The position numbers were made by a program, and so were the translations under genes. 40,506 bases of DNA, from contig CAYWJX010000004.1 of NCBI GenBank assembly GCA_964459335.1, positions 1 to 40,506 of the forward strand, in the 5' to 3' direction. The notes beneath the pieces are model-generated. The model worked only from the letters and a program-made list of their open reading frames with translations. It ran no database searches and had not been told where the DNA came from. Shown here piece after piece: positions 1 through 9,471 of the stretch. Each line of letters begins with the position of its first letter. Position 1 is the stretch's first letter. Source of the DNA: an uncultured Candidatus Saccharibacteria bacterium. GTDB lineage: Bacteria > Patescibacteriota > Minisyncoccia > Phycocordibacterales > SBAW01.

Positions 1-1304
1 GCCATCATCTCTTTAACCGTGCGTTCCATGCGCATGCTTTGCGAGCCTTTAACTAACACGCAGTCGCCACTTTGGAGCAAAGCGGCAAGCTCCTCCCCTG
101 CTTTTGCGGAATCTTCATATTGCAAAATTGCATTTTCGGCAAGGCCGCCGTCGAGCGCGGCCTCGGCTATGTCACGCGCGCGAAAGCCAACCGTCACGAG
201 CATGTTGACAGCGCCGCCATCATTTGCGCGAGTTGCCACTTCGGCGCCAATTTTGCGATGCTCCTCTACCGATTGGCGGCCAAGCTCGAGCATGTCGCCC
301 AAGACTGCAATGCGGCGACCATTCGTGGGGATTGCCTTGAGCGCATCAAGTGCGGCAACAACCGCCGCCGGCGAAGAGTTGTATGTGTCGTCAATAATCA
401 GCGTATCTTTGACGCCGCGCACCAAGTGCATGCGCCCCTGCGGCGGCTCGTAGTTTTTAAGCGCATGTGCAATATCGCTCGGCGCTTTTCCAAGCGCAAC
501 ACCAACAGCCGCCGCTGCGAGCGCCGGCAAAAGTGTATGCATGCCAATGGCTCCCTCAACCTCGATAGGCACCGAGATGCCGTCTATGGTGAGGCGTGTA
601 CTCATCCCTATCGGCCAGTGTTCGATACCGCTCTCAAAAAGAATTTTGGTGTCTTCGGCACGGATATCGGCTCCCGGCGCAAAACCAAATGTAATTATTC
701 TTCCCCGACGCTCTGGTCGGGGCCCCGACCCAGAGGCGTCGGGGTTACCATTCGTAAAACGTAATTTAAACTCCTCCACCCGCTCATCGTCGGCATATAG
801 CACCAAGGTGCCCTCGGGGAGCAATGCGTCAATCAGCGCAGCTTTTTCCTCAACCACCGCCTCGGATGACTCAAAAAACTCCACATGCACCGGCACCTCG
901 GGGAGCCGGGTAATAACCGCAATATCAACCGGCAACCACGCGGTTACCTTTTTAATATCGCCCGGTCGGTCGGCTCCAACCTCAAGCACCAACCACTCGG
1001 GGTAGTGCGACCCAAACGCAATAAGCAAAAGCCCGTCAACTAAATTAAGTACCCATTTAAAAGGATTATTCCACGCATTGGGGCGCCCCAAGATAGTGAG
1101 TGGCAAGCCTATCTCGCTGTTAAAACTTTTTTGCGACTTGCGCACATGGGTGCCCTCGGCTACCACCTCATAGATGGCATCTTTGGTGGAAGTTTTACCC
1201 ACACTTCCGGTTATAGCAATAATGTGCGGCTTGTAACGCACCACCGCCAAGCGGGCCTCAAGTGACAGGAGCAACAGTATTGTTTTTTTAAAAGCGGTGC
1301 GCAT
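1..1304 (-). CDS. murF: UDP-N-acetylmuramoyl-tripeptide--D-Ala-D-Ala ligase (3' end runs off the window)
   Basis: Absent from the ORF track (no stop in window). Manual translation from ATG 1304 gives IAITGSVGKTSTKDAI, KSFNSEIGLP, LEVGADRPG, DDTYNSSP, VLGDMLELG, LVKGSQ (Mur ligase motifs). Follows ftsI. Confidence 0.93.
   Translation of the reverse strand, partial: MRTAFKKTILLLLSLEARLAVVRYKPHIIAITGSVGKTSTKDAIYEVVAEGTHVRKSQKSFNSEIGLPLTILGRPNAWNNPFKWVLNLVDGLLLIAFGSHYPEWLVLEVGADRPGDIKKVTAWLPVDIAVITRLPEVPVHVEFFESSEAVVEEKAALIDALLPEGTLVLYADDERVEEFKLRFTNGNPDASGSGPRPERRGRIITFGFAPGADIRAEDTKILFESGIEHWPIGMSTRLTIDGISVPIEVEGAIGMHTLLPALAAAAVGVALGKAPSDIAHALKNYEPPQGRMHLVRGVKDTLIIDDTYNSSPAAVVAALDALKAIPTNGRRIAVLGDMLELGRQSVEEHRKIGAEVATRANDGGAVNMLVTVGFRARDIAEAALDGGLAENAILQYEDSAKAGEELAALLQSGDCVLVKGSQSMRMERTVKEMM
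703..744. repeat. 42-bp double-hairpin palindromic element, copy 1 (inside murF)
   Basis: CCCCGAC-gctctg-GTCGGGG-CCCCGAC-ccagaggc-GTCGGGG, flanked by TT on both sides. Confidence 0.9.
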
Positions 1305-1309
1305 GAGGA

Positions 1310-3022
1310 TTATCGGTCGGGAGGAAGATTATAATAATTAATCAGAAAACGGGTAATGTCGATAAACGGATTGGACCATGTTTCAGAGGCATAAGGAGCG
1401 CCAACCGGCTTTAGCGCAAACAAAAAGATAATAAATCGCGCGTTGCTGTTGGCCGGTAGGTAGCCAAAGTAGCTGTGCAAATAGGTGTCCGGATAATACG
1501 CTCCGGTTGACGGATCAACTATTTGTGCGGTGCCTGTTTTGGCCGCAATACTGTAGTGAGCCATTTTGACAGCTCCGTTATCGAGCACGGTGTCGACCAC
1601 GGTGGTAAGCATGCCCGTAACCGTTGCAACTGTACTTGGCTTCAACACCGGGGTACCCGTGCCCCAATTGAGCGTCTTGGTAACACCCGTGTCATATTGT
1701 ATCGCACTTGCAAGATGAGGCATCACCAGCTTACCGCCGTTGGCGAGCGTCGCAAGACCCCGTATGGTTTCCATAGGTGTGATGGCAATGCCCTGCCCGA
1801 ATGCCGCCGTATCATAATCAACTTGGCGGTTGTGGTTTAAGTTGCTTACCAGCCCCGCCTGCTCCTCGGGCATATCGATACCGGTCGCCTCCCCTAAGTC
1901 GTAATGATTAAGAAAATAATCTTTCATAATTGCCGGCCCCATGCGCGTTGCAATAAACGAGGCGCCCACGTTGAGCGATTGGCTTAATATTTGCTGCATA
2001 GGTATCACGCCGCGCGCGGCATGGTCGTAATTGCAAATTGGTTTTGTATCAACGGTAATGCAACCCAAGTCGTCATACGTGGTGGTTGCCGTAATCACGC
2101 CGGAGTCGATGCCGGCCGCCATTGTGAGCGGTTTTATAATGGAACCCATCTCGTACACGTTTTGCACCAATGGGTTTGCAAAGATAAGCGGGTCGGTTTG
2201 CGCGCCAAAATTATTTAAATCAAAAGTGGGAGACACCGCCATCGCGTATATCGCGCCGGTTTGCGGATCCATGATGATACCGCCGGAGCTCGCCGGATGC
2301 CAGGTGTTATCGTAGGCAACGAGCTCGCGCTCGAGCTCGGCTTGCACCGACGGCTCGATGGTAGTGATGACGTCTCCGCTTTGCGGCGTTCCGTTTATCA
2401 CTCCCTGTGCGGTGCTAAAAAGCTGAACAAAAAAGTTGGCATACAAATCGTCGTCGGTTTTGTTGAGCGTGCCTTGATATTGCTTCTCAAGCCCATAGCG
2501 GCCTTCTTGCTCGTCGCCGTTGTATGCCACAAATCCTATCTCCTGCGCGGCAAGTGAGCCGCCCGGATAATAGCGCCAGCGGTCTTCGGCCAAAATAACG
2601 CCGGGCAATTGTTTTTGCTCGAGCTCAACTCCCAGCGCGGTGTCGAGATGGTCCGCAATGACACTGTACTCGGTGCTCGGCTTGGTCGCTTTGGCTAAAA
2701 AGTCGTTCTCGTCGAGTGGAATCAAACCGCTGAGAGATGTATAGAGCGCCTGTGCATCGGTAACTTTTGTCGGATTAACCGCAAGCGTAAAACCACTTTT
2801 AAGTGTTGCTGCAATGATGTGGTTGCCGTCTTTGTCGGTAAAATAAATTGAATCGCGGTCGGGCAAAGGACTCGCCGGCTCCATAAACTGTGCGTCGGCG
2901 CGGGCCATATATGCTTTGCCTTGCACAATTTGAAGGAAGTACAGCCGCCCCACAATGATAAGACCACCCAACACGATGCATGCCGTGAGGACACGCACTC
3001 GGCCGATAAAACGCGCATTCAT
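1310..3022 (-). CDS. ftsI: Penicillin-binding protein, FtsI/PBP3-like
   Basis: N-terminal TM, YEMGSIIK (SxxK), SLN (SxN), KTGTAQ; position in mraZ-rsmH-ftsL-ftsI-murF cluster. Confidence 0.9.
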   Translation of the reverse strand: MNARFIGRVRVLTACIVLGGLIIVGRLYFLQIVQGKAYMARADAQFMEPASPLPDRDSIYFTDKDGNHIIAATLKSGFTLAVNPTKVTDAQALYTSLSGLIPLDENDFLAKATKPSTEYSVIADHLDTALGVELEQKQLPGVILAEDRWRYYPGGSLAAQEIGFVAYNGDEQEGRYGLEKQYQGTLNKTDDDLYANFFVQLFSTAQGVINGTPQSGDVITTIEPSVQAELERELVAYDNTWHPASSGGIIMDPQTGAIYAMAVSPTFDLNNFGAQTDPLIFANPLVQNVYEMGSIIKPLTMAAGIDSGVITATTTYDDLGCITVDTKPICNYDHAARGVIPMQQILSQSLNVGASFIATRMGPAIMKDYFLNHYDLGEATGIDMPEEQAGLVSNLNHNRQVDYDTAAFGQGIAITPMETIRGLATLANGGKLVMPHLASAIQYDTGVTKTLNWGTGTPVLKPSTVATVTGMLTTVVDTVLDNGAVKMAHYSIAAKTGTAQIVDPSTGAYYPDTYLHSYFGYLPANSNARFIIFLFALKPVGAPYASETWSNPFIDITRFLINYYNLPPDR

Positions 3023-3038
3023 TATCCTATTCTAACCT

Positions 3039-3392
3039 CTATTTTATCTGCCCCAAGGAAAGTGAGCCACTCTCTCCGTGCGCATACACACTTGTCACGT
3101 TGGTAGGAGTGACCAATCCAAGCGCCGTGGCGCGCTCGGGCGTGAGCGACTGTGTCAGCGTTAAATACTGATTTTCGAGAGCGCTTAATTGCTCGGTAAG
3201 TTGCTCCGTACTGCGCTCGGCGGTCGTTTTGGCGGCGGCATTGGCAACCGCCTCAAGCAAAAACGCACAGTACAAAAAGACAGAAACGGTAAGTATTACT
3301 ACCAAAAATACGAGTGCGCGATTGAGATACGGCTGATATACGACCGCCGCTTGCTCGACCCCTCGTTGCATTTGGTTAGTTATCCTTTTCAT
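3039..3392 (-). CDS. FtsL-like single-TM coiled-coil cell division protein
   Basis: One TM then a leucine-rich coiled coil; lies between rsmH and ftsI. Confidence 0.65.
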   Translation of the reverse strand: MKRITNQMQRGVEQAAVVYQPYLNRALVFLVVILTVSVFLYCAFLLEAVANAAAKTTAERSTEQLTEQLSALENQYLTLTQSLTPERATALGLVTPTNVTSVYAHGESGSLSLGQIK

Positions 3393-4485
3393 ACGATTTT
3401 TCTATGACCCGGAGCTTTGCGCTCCGTGCCGAAGGATTTTGGATTATTTCTGCACGACTTGGGACTAAAGGTTTTCCCCGACGTTTCAGTCGGGGCCCCG
3501 ACCCAAAGGCGTCGGGGTTAACGAATGCTCCTTCACCTTTATCCACTAAATTTTGAAAAAGTTTTTTAACCGCGCGGTCCTCGATGCTGTGGAACGTAAT
3601 GACCGCTATGCGGCCGCCGAGTCTAAGGTGCTCCCACGCGGCACCTAACCCCTGCTCAATGCAGGTAATCTCGGCGTTGACCGCCATGCGCAAAGCTTGA
3701 AAGGAACGTGTGGCCGGATGCAAGCGCCCATGGCGGTAAGCGGCAGGCACTGCATCTTTGATTATTTCGGAAAGCTCAACGGTTGTTTCGATAGGCCGTA
3801 TCTCGCGGCGCTCCACTATTGCCTTTGCAATGCGGCGCGCATACGTCTCTTCTCCATAGCCGTAGAGCACATCGGCAATAACTTCCTCTTTCCACTCGTT
3901 TACTATCTCGGATGCAATAAAACCGGAGGCAGGCTTTGCGCCGTAGCTCATGTTGAGAGGCTCGTCGATTAAAAACGAAAACCCCTTGCTTGCCGCGAGC
4001 TGCTCGCGGTTCCAACCCAAATCAAATATAGCTTTATCAATCGTTTTGAGGCCTGCGTGTTTGAGCACTTTTCCTAAATCTTTAAAATTGGCCTCTACGA
4101 CCTCGGCGCGTGCGCCGTATGATACAAGACGCTTGCGCGTGCGCTCCACCGCCGCAAGGTCGGCATCAAGTGCCAGGAGGCGCGCGCCGGCTTTGAGGAC
4201 TGCCTCGCTATGGCCACCGCTGCCTGCCGTGGCATCAACCACCAGCTCGCCTTTTTGTATGTCTAATTGCTCAAGTACTTCCTTGAGCATGACGCTCACA
4301 TGTCTGCCCGCAGGAGTTTTAGAGGCTCCGGACACCGGCACTTGCTGCTGCCTGCCCCGACCTTCACGTCGGGGCTCGCGCAAAGTATCGTTCTCCTCTC
4401 GAGAGGAACGATAGAAGGTACGAACCCCGACGCTCCCTTCGGGAGGTACGGGGCAGGCAGTAGCTAATGTCGGTGTACTTTTCAT
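3376..4485 (-). CDS. rsmH: 16S rRNA m4C1402 methyltransferase RsmH, with ~60-aa N-terminal extension and a 14-aa internal insertion
   Basis: DATAGSGGH, FDLG, HPATRSFQALRMAVN, ITFHSIEDR, NPSARSAKLR; ATG lies 1 nt after the mraZ stop. Confidence 0.95.
   Translation of the reverse strand: MKSTPTLATACPVPPEGSVGVRTFYRSSREENDTLREPRREGRGRQQQVPVSGASKTPAGRHVSVMLKEVLEQLDIQKGELVVDATAGSGGHSEAVLKAGARLLALDADLAAVERTRKRLVSYGARAEVVEANFKDLGKVLKHAGLKTIDKAIFDLGWNREQLAASKGFSFLIDEPLNMSYGAKPASGFIASEIVNEWKEEVIADVLYGYGEETYARRIAKAIVERREIRPIETTVELSEIIKDAVPAAYRHGRLHPATRSFQALRMAVNAEITCIEQGLGAAWEHLRLGGRIAVITFHSIEDRAVKKLFQNLVDKGEGAFVNPDAFGSGPRLKRRGKPLVPSRAEIIQNPSARSAKLRVIEKSYEKDN
3476..3517. repeat. 42-bp double-hairpin palindromic element, copy 2 (inside rsmH)
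   Basis: CCCCGAC-gtttca-GTCGGGG-CCCCGAC-ccaaaggc-GTCGGGG, TT flanks. Confidence 0.9.
4344..4464. repeat. Composite inverted-repeat element forming most of the rsmH 5' extension
   Basis: CTGCCTGCCCCG (4348-4359) and CGGGGCAGGCAG (4449-4460) are a perfect 12-bp inverted repeat enclosing three internal hairpins. Confidence 0.75.
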
Positions 4486-4486
4486 A

Positions 4487-4921
4487 TTACAAAATGCCTA
4501 AGTCGCCCAGCGTCTGTGCCATTTGGTCGGCGCCTTTTTCAATCCGGCGCTTATACTCTTCCCAAGTCTTTTCGTTCCAGATTTCGATGCGGTCCGAGAC
4601 TCCTGCCAAGACTACGCGCGAGCGCAAGTCGGCAAACTCTTTTAAAAAGTCGGGCACCAAGATGCGCCCTGCCGCATCAACATCGGTCTCGACCGCGCCT
4701 GCCAAAATAAAACGGCTCATGCCGCGCGTGTCCGCTCCGCCCATGGGAAGATTGTGCAGTTTAGCTACAATTTCCTTCCATGCTGCAAGTGGAAACATAA
4801 ACAAGCATGAATCGAGACCGCGCGTGATGACAACCTTGCGCCCCACCTCTTTGCGAAACTTTGCCGGAAGTGAGAGGCGTTTTTTGCTATCGAGTGTGTG
4901 GAGATATTCACCAATCAGCAT
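4487..4921 (-). CDS. mraZ: Transcriptional regulator MraZ
   Basis: MLIGEYLHTLDSKKRLSLPAKFR, VITRGLDSCL, DAAGRILVP, GVSDRIEIW; start taken at ATG 4921. Confidence 0.95.
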   Translation of the reverse strand: MLIGEYLHTLDSKKRLSLPAKFRKEVGRKVVITRGLDSCLFMFPLAAWKEIVAKLHNLPMGGADTRGMSRFILAGAVETDVDAAGRILVPDFLKEFADLRSRVVLAGVSDRIEIWNEKTWEEYKRRIEKGADQMAQTLGDLGIL

Positions 4922-4925
4922 ACTT

Positions 4926-4991
4926 ACCACTCTATCCCACTTGGCTACCACTGCATAGCACTTTGCCCCACAAAACTGTGGATTACCCCAC
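4926..4991 (-). promoter_or_regulatory. MraZ-binding direct repeats (GTG-G/C-G/T pentamers at 10-11 bp period)
   Basis: On minus strand GTGGT, GTGGG, GTGGT, GTGCT, GTGGG begin at 4930, 4940, 4951, 4961, 4971, with another GTGGG at 4991; matches the established GTGGG-type MraZ autoregulatory repeats. Confidence 0.75.
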
Positions 4992-5024
4992 TTTGCAGTT
5001 GTTTATAGTTGCCTGTATAGCCGC

Positions 5025-5053
5025 TTGACAAAAGTATAGTTATAGATTAATAT
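5025..5053 (+). promoter_or_regulatory. sigma70-type promoter
   Basis: TTGACA-N17-TAATAT. Confidence 0.55.
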
Positions 5054-5114
5054 ATTAAGTGGGAAGAGTCGGACAGGCACGAGGAAATGGAGCCCCTAGC
5101 AAAAGAGGCTTATC

Positions 5115-5297
5115 ATGTGGCTGTTCCAAAAAAACAAAGGGATTCAGGCTTACACCGGCGTATTGGCCGAAACGCCTTTATTCCCCAAACGAGATATTGC
5201 CAAAGAGGCGCGGGATATCGCGCTGGCGTTTATCGCTCTCGCCGCTTTTCTATATCTTCTAATCCAACATTTCGGGCCAGCAGCTTGCCCGACGTGA
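5115..5297 (+). CDS. Small hypothetical membrane protein (60 aa)
   Basis: AGAGG upstream of ATG, one hydrophobic segment, lies between a promoter and a hairpin. Confidence 0.45.
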   Translation: MWLFQKNKGIQAYTGVLAETPLFPKRDIAKEARDIALAFIALAAFLYLLIQHFGPAACPT

Positions 5298-5306
5298 CGC
5301 AATCAA

Positions 5307-5334
5307 GGCCGGCGACCCATCTGGGACGCCGGCC
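5307..5334. terminator. GC-rich hairpin between convergent genes
   Basis: GGCCGGCG-ACCCATCTGGGA-CGCCGGCC. Confidence 0.55.
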
Positions 5335-5355
5335 ATTATTCTTTTTATATAAACT

Positions 5356-6933
5356 CTACGCTATTGCTTCTTGTAGACGCTTTACTACAAACTCTTTGTC
5401 GAGCACGGAGAGAAACCAGCCAATTTTCGGTCCGTACGATTTACCTAAAAACGAAAGGTAGAGTGCTCCAAACAAATCCTGTGGCTGGATGGCAAGTGTC
5501 TCTTTGATTTGGTGCAACTTTTGCTGTATTTCTTCGCCACTCGGCATCTTTTCACTTGTTTTTAAATAGTTTTGTAACTCACTAAGAGCCTTTTTTTGTA
5601 GCTCAGAAAGATTTTTGGCCGCTTCGGGCAACGTTTCTTGCAAAGTAAAGACAAATTTCTCCGGCGCATACTCGGCAAGCCATTTTTTGGCGTATGTGGC
5701 GCGCTCCGCAAGCTCTTGTTTGTCGGCAGATGTAAGCTCTCCACCTTTAAGCGTGGCAACTTCCCTCTCTAAATTTAAATGCGGCATCTGTACAAGAAAT
5801 GCAACCTGCGAAAATCGCGGGAAGAAGGTGCCCGCGGGCGGCAACGCACGCCCCGGATGAACAAACTCAAACAATCGCGCGTAATCGTCGTCTTGTATGG
5901 TTTGGTATCCCTCGGCCAACTTGTCGTACTGGTCGTAGAGCATAGGGATAGTATCGCCCTCCGGGTCAAAGTTAAACGCTTGGGTTATTTCTTTAGAAAG
6001 AAGCGCGAGCCTAAATATTTTTGGCGGCATGAGGTTTGCTATTTCGCGAGCACTTGATCCGCGACCTTTAGAGGTGGACATCTTTTTGCCGCCTATCAAA
6101 AAATGTTCATAAGGGACATCGAATGGCGGTTCACGTTTGAAAACTTGGCGAGAAATATGATTTGCTACATCCCGTGCTCCGCCTTTTGTCGATAAGTCCT
6201 TTCCTTCTCCTTCGACTGCAACGTCAAACACACTAAATTTTGCCGCCCATTCGACTTTCCAGGGAAGTTTTGCTTTTCCATCGAATGGGGAGCCTGCTCC
6301 CTCAAATCCGCATCCTTTTGCTCCCGACGCTTCTTGATCGCACATATAATGAACAATGTTTCCATCAAAAGATACCGCCCTCGTAGTCGCGATTTTGCCA
6401 CACTGTTCGCATATCATCATAATCGGCAACCATTCTTCCGCTCTGGTACCCCCGGAAACTTCTTCATAAATCGTGCGGATACTCCCGACATTCTCTAATG
6501 CTTTTTTTATAATGTCGTTATACTTTCCTGAACGGTAAGCGCTTATTGACGAATGAAACTGCGGCACATATCCGGTCTTTTTGATTACATCGGCAAATTC
6601 TTGACCAAAATAGTCGGCATAACTTTTTGTGCCGGCATCCGGCGACGGCACAGCAAAGAGAGGTTTACCGAGGTAAGGAGTAAACTTCTCGGCATCAAGA
6701 TACACGGGTACAGTATCAAACGCATCAAAATCATTGAGTTCGTACATAAAGACGTTGGATATGCCCTGTTCAGCAAGTGCTTCTGATATGGTTCCGTGGA
6801 TAAGTACCCCGCGCATGGCGCCAACATGGATACGGCCCGAAACCGTCTTTTCGTCGCGTATGACAATAGGCTTGGCGCCCGAGGGCTGGTAGCGCCCTAT
6901 AATTTCCTTAGCTAGCCTGTCTGCCCAAAACAT
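5356..6933 (-). CDS. lysS: Lysyl-tRNA synthetase, class I
   Basis: MFWAD start, SGRIHVG (HIGH-like), KLPWKVEWAAK, KKMSTSKG (KMSKS-like), GPKIGWFL. Confidence 0.93.
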   Translation of the reverse strand: MFWADRLAKEIIGRYQPSGAKPIVIRDEKTVSGRIHVGAMRGVLIHGTISEALAEQGISNVFMYELNDFDAFDTVPVYLDAEKFTPYLGKPLFAVPSPDAGTKSYADYFGQEFADVIKKTGYVPQFHSSISAYRSGKYNDIIKKALENVGSIRTIYEEVSGGTRAEEWLPIMMICEQCGKIATTRAVSFDGNIVHYMCDQEASGAKGCGFEGAGSPFDGKAKLPWKVEWAAKFSVFDVAVEGEGKDLSTKGGARDVANHISRQVFKREPPFDVPYEHFLIGGKKMSTSKGRGSSAREIANLMPPKIFRLALLSKEITQAFNFDPEGDTIPMLYDQYDKLAEGYQTIQDDDYARLFEFVHPGRALPPAGTFFPRFSQVAFLVQMPHLNLEREVATLKGGELTSADKQELAERATYAKKWLAEYAPEKFVFTLQETLPEAAKNLSELQKKALSELQNYLKTSEKMPSGEEIQQKLHQIKETLAIQPQDLFGALYLSFLGKSYGPKIGWFLSVLDKEFVVKRLQEAIA

Positions 6934-6942
6934 GCACCTATT

Positions 6943-7407
6943 CTACTCTACTTTGAGGATTTTATATTTGAGGGTGCCCTGCGGCGTGTGGAAGGAAAAT
7001 TCGTCCCCTTTTTTCTTGCCCATGAGCGCGCTCCCGAGCGGCGAGTGATACGAAACCTTGCCTTCGAGAATATTGGCCTCCTCGGCGCCCACGATTGTAT
7101 AGCTATGCTTGTCGGTTGAGCCCACCTTGGCAACCTGTACGGTCGTACCCATGCCCACTACATCGCTTTTACTGCCGCGTACGATTTTGGCGTTTTTTAA
7201 CATGGCCTCAAGCTTTTGCACGCGCTCCTCAACGGCCGCCTGCATCTCGCGCGCCTCCTGATACTCGGCGTTTTCCGAGAGATCACCAAGCGAGCGGGCA
7301 TACTCAAGTTGCTCGGCCACCTCCTTGCGGCGCGTGGTGCGCAGCTCGTCAAGCTCTTTGGTCAGTTCTTCAAATTTTTCCTGCGAAATGAATTCTTCTT
7401 TTGGCAT
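6943..7407 (-). CDS. greA: Transcription elongation factor GreA
   Basis: ARSLGDLSENAEYQEAR, ISYHSP-like KVSYHSPLGSALMGKK, TPQG. Confidence 0.96.
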   Translation of the reverse strand: MPKEEFISQEKFEELTKELDELRTTRRKEVAEQLEYARSLGDLSENAEYQEAREMQAAVEERVQKLEAMLKNAKIVRGSKSDVVGMGTTVQVAKVGSTDKHSYTIVGAEEANILEGKVSYHSPLGSALMGKKKGDEFSFHTPQGTLKYKILKVE

Positions 7408-7460
7408 AGTGAACAATCAGTGTATACAAAAATACGTTAAAGTCAAGATTGGGGAGATAG

Positions 7461-9143
7461 CTATTGTAAATATTGCGGGGCATTGGCTTCCATCCATTGC
7501 AAAAAGATGCCCATTGCCGAAGGAGATTCTATCTGTGTGCCTGCAGGACCCTTTTCCATCACCATAGCAAACGCGTAACGCGGGTTCTCGTACGGCCAAA
7601 AGCCAATAATCCACGAATTTTGATATTGATTTTGCAAACCAACTTGCGCGGTGCCGGTTTTTGCCGCCACGTGGACAAAATCAAACTTCACCGCTCCCGC
7701 AATTCCGCTTACCACACCCTCTCGCATGCCCTCGCGCACCACCTCAAAGTTTTGTTCCGGTAAATTAAGTTGCGTAAACGTAGACGTTGAGCTGGCAATT
7801 AAGGTCGGCGTGAGTAGTTTGCCACTATTGGCAATTGCCGCCGCCTCGCGCACCGCCTGGAGCGGCGTTATCTGCGTGCCGTATTGTCCGATGGCGGTGT
7901 GATACGTGTCGCCGAGGCGCCACGGGTCACCCGGGAAATTTGCCGCCTTCCACGTAACGCTCGAGATGGTGCCGGTAGGTTCCGTAAACCCAGCCAGACC
8001 CGTGGGCACGCCAAACCCAAACATGCTTAAGTATTTATCTATATTATTGATGCCGATGCCTGGCTGATTTTGATATCCGCCGCCAACCTCGTAAAAAAAT
8101 ACATCAGAAGAAACAGCCAGCGCGTCACGCACGGTCATAAGGCCATTAACACGCCAATCTTTAAATATGCTTGGGTGCGCGGGGTCATACGGGTTAGGCA
8201 CACTAATTGAGCCGGTTGAGAGAATTTGCGTGGTTGGAGTTATTACGCCCTCGGTTAACCCCGCTACTGCCATGATGGGTTTAATAATCGAACCCGGCGA
8301 ATACAAGCCGTCTACCGCGCGATTAAGAAACGGTAATTTTGGATCGTTATTAAAAGCCGCAATAGCGGCCGTGTCGCCGTCGGTGAGCGCCTGCGACGAA
8401 TACTCGGGATAGCTGGTCATCGCCAAGAGCTCGCCGGTCTGTACATCCATAATGACACCGGCGCCTCCCTGGAAGCCCGATTGTTCGGCCACCTTAGCGA
8501 GCGTGTCGTAGAGGCCTTGCGTGACGTTGGAGTCAAGCGAGAGTGTAACTTTCTGGCCCGGTACCGGCTCATTTTGTATACTTTCCGACACGACATTGCC
8601 GTGCGCATCGGTTTCGCTCAACTTACTGCCGTTGGTGCCGGAGAGTTCGGCATTGTAAGCCGCTTCGATGCCGTCCATACCTTCGAACACATCGCGATAG
8701 TAGGTGCCGCTTGAGTCCTTGGCCGGCGGTTTTACGTACCCAATCACCAGTGATACACCGCGCAAGGTTGAGTATACGCGCTTGGCAAAAGCATCGGTAA
8801 CCGACTCGCGCACATTGTATGCAAGCGGCACGCCGTTTCGATCGACAATGACGCCGCGGTCGGCAACGATTGTTTGCTGACTCAATTGATTATCCTCGGC
8901 CTGTTTGGCGTAGGCCACTCCACGGAGCAATTGGAGATCACCGGCGCGTACAAGAAGCCCTGCAAATGATATCCCGACAATTGATCCAATGAGCCAAAAA
9001 GAGTGCCGGCCGAGCGGCCGCTCGATGCGTCCCTCAAACTGGTCGCGGTCAAAATGGGCGACATTTTGCGAGTCTATAAGAATTTCATCAGGCTCTATCT
9101 GTGCTTTTATTTTTTTGCGCTTTCGAAATCGGCTAGGAAACAT
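7461..9143 (-). CDS. mrdA: Penicillin-binding protein 2 (MrdA)
   Basis: PGSIIK, SSD (SxD), KTGTAQ; downstream of mreBCD; start set at ATG 9143 behind a TATACT box. Confidence 0.88.
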   Translation of the reverse strand: MFPSRFRKRKKIKAQIEPDEILIDSQNVAHFDRDQFEGRIERPLGRHSFWLIGSIVGISFAGLLVRAGDLQLLRGVAYAKQAEDNQLSQQTIVADRGVIVDRNGVPLAYNVRESVTDAFAKRVYSTLRGVSLVIGYVKPPAKDSSGTYYRDVFEGMDGIEAAYNAELSGTNGSKLSETDAHGNVVSESIQNEPVPGQKVTLSLDSNVTQGLYDTLAKVAEQSGFQGGAGVIMDVQTGELLAMTSYPEYSSQALTDGDTAAIAAFNNDPKLPFLNRAVDGLYSPGSIIKPIMAVAGLTEGVITPTTQILSTGSISVPNPYDPAHPSIFKDWRVNGLMTVRDALAVSSDVFFYEVGGGYQNQPGIGINNIDKYLSMFGFGVPTGLAGFTEPTGTISSVTWKAANFPGDPWRLGDTYHTAIGQYGTQITPLQAVREAAAIANSGKLLTPTLIASSTSTFTQLNLPEQNFEVVREGMREGVVSGIAGAVKFDFVHVAAKTGTAQVGLQNQYQNSWIIGFWPYENPRYAFAMVMEKGPAGTQIESPSAMGIFLQWMEANAPQYLQ

Positions 9144-9180
9144 AGCCGCAGTATATCCTAGCGAAGCGAGAGAAACAAAA

Positions 9181-9471
9181 TTACAGTGTATCCTGATATT
9201 TTTTACGCATGTAGCGTGAAGCAATGTAGCGTCCGAGCATACACACGAGTGCAGTGAGCGTAAAAGGAATATACAACACGTGCCACCGCCCGACAGGCGC
9301 ACCGTAGGCGATGTCAAGAAGGAGCCCGAGTGTAATTGCCAGTATCCACCGACCGGTGAATGCCGCGAGCGCAATGCCGAGTACCGAGAGCGGCCAAAAC
9401 GGAAGCAAAAAACCCGCCGCCGCAAGCGCAAAAGACCCTGCCGTTATCCACCATCCCTTTTCGTTGCTCAT
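9181..9471 (-). CDS. Small membrane protein in the mreD position (MreD-like)
   Basis: Three to four TM segments, LGLLLDIAYG motif, synteny between mreC and mrdA. Confidence 0.6.
   Translation of the reverse strand: MSNEKGWWITAGSFALAAAGFLLPFWPLSVLGIALAAFTGRWILAITLGLLLDIAYGAPVGRWHVLYIPFTLTALVCMLGRYIASRYMRKKYQDTL

Noticed and set aside
19-1005. Plus-strand ORFs 19-453, 72-764 and 541-1005
   Set aside because: Antisense shadows of murF, which the ORF track missed because it leaves the window.
9160-9170. AGCGAAGCGAG upstream of mrdA, resembling HUH-target mini-hairpins
   Set aside because: Single short occurrence without a flanking stem.
9144-9431. 96-aa N-terminal extension of mrdA in the ORF track
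   Set aside because: Overlaps the mreD-like gene in another frame, reads as non-protein-like sequence, and a -10 box sits 6 nt before ATG 9143.
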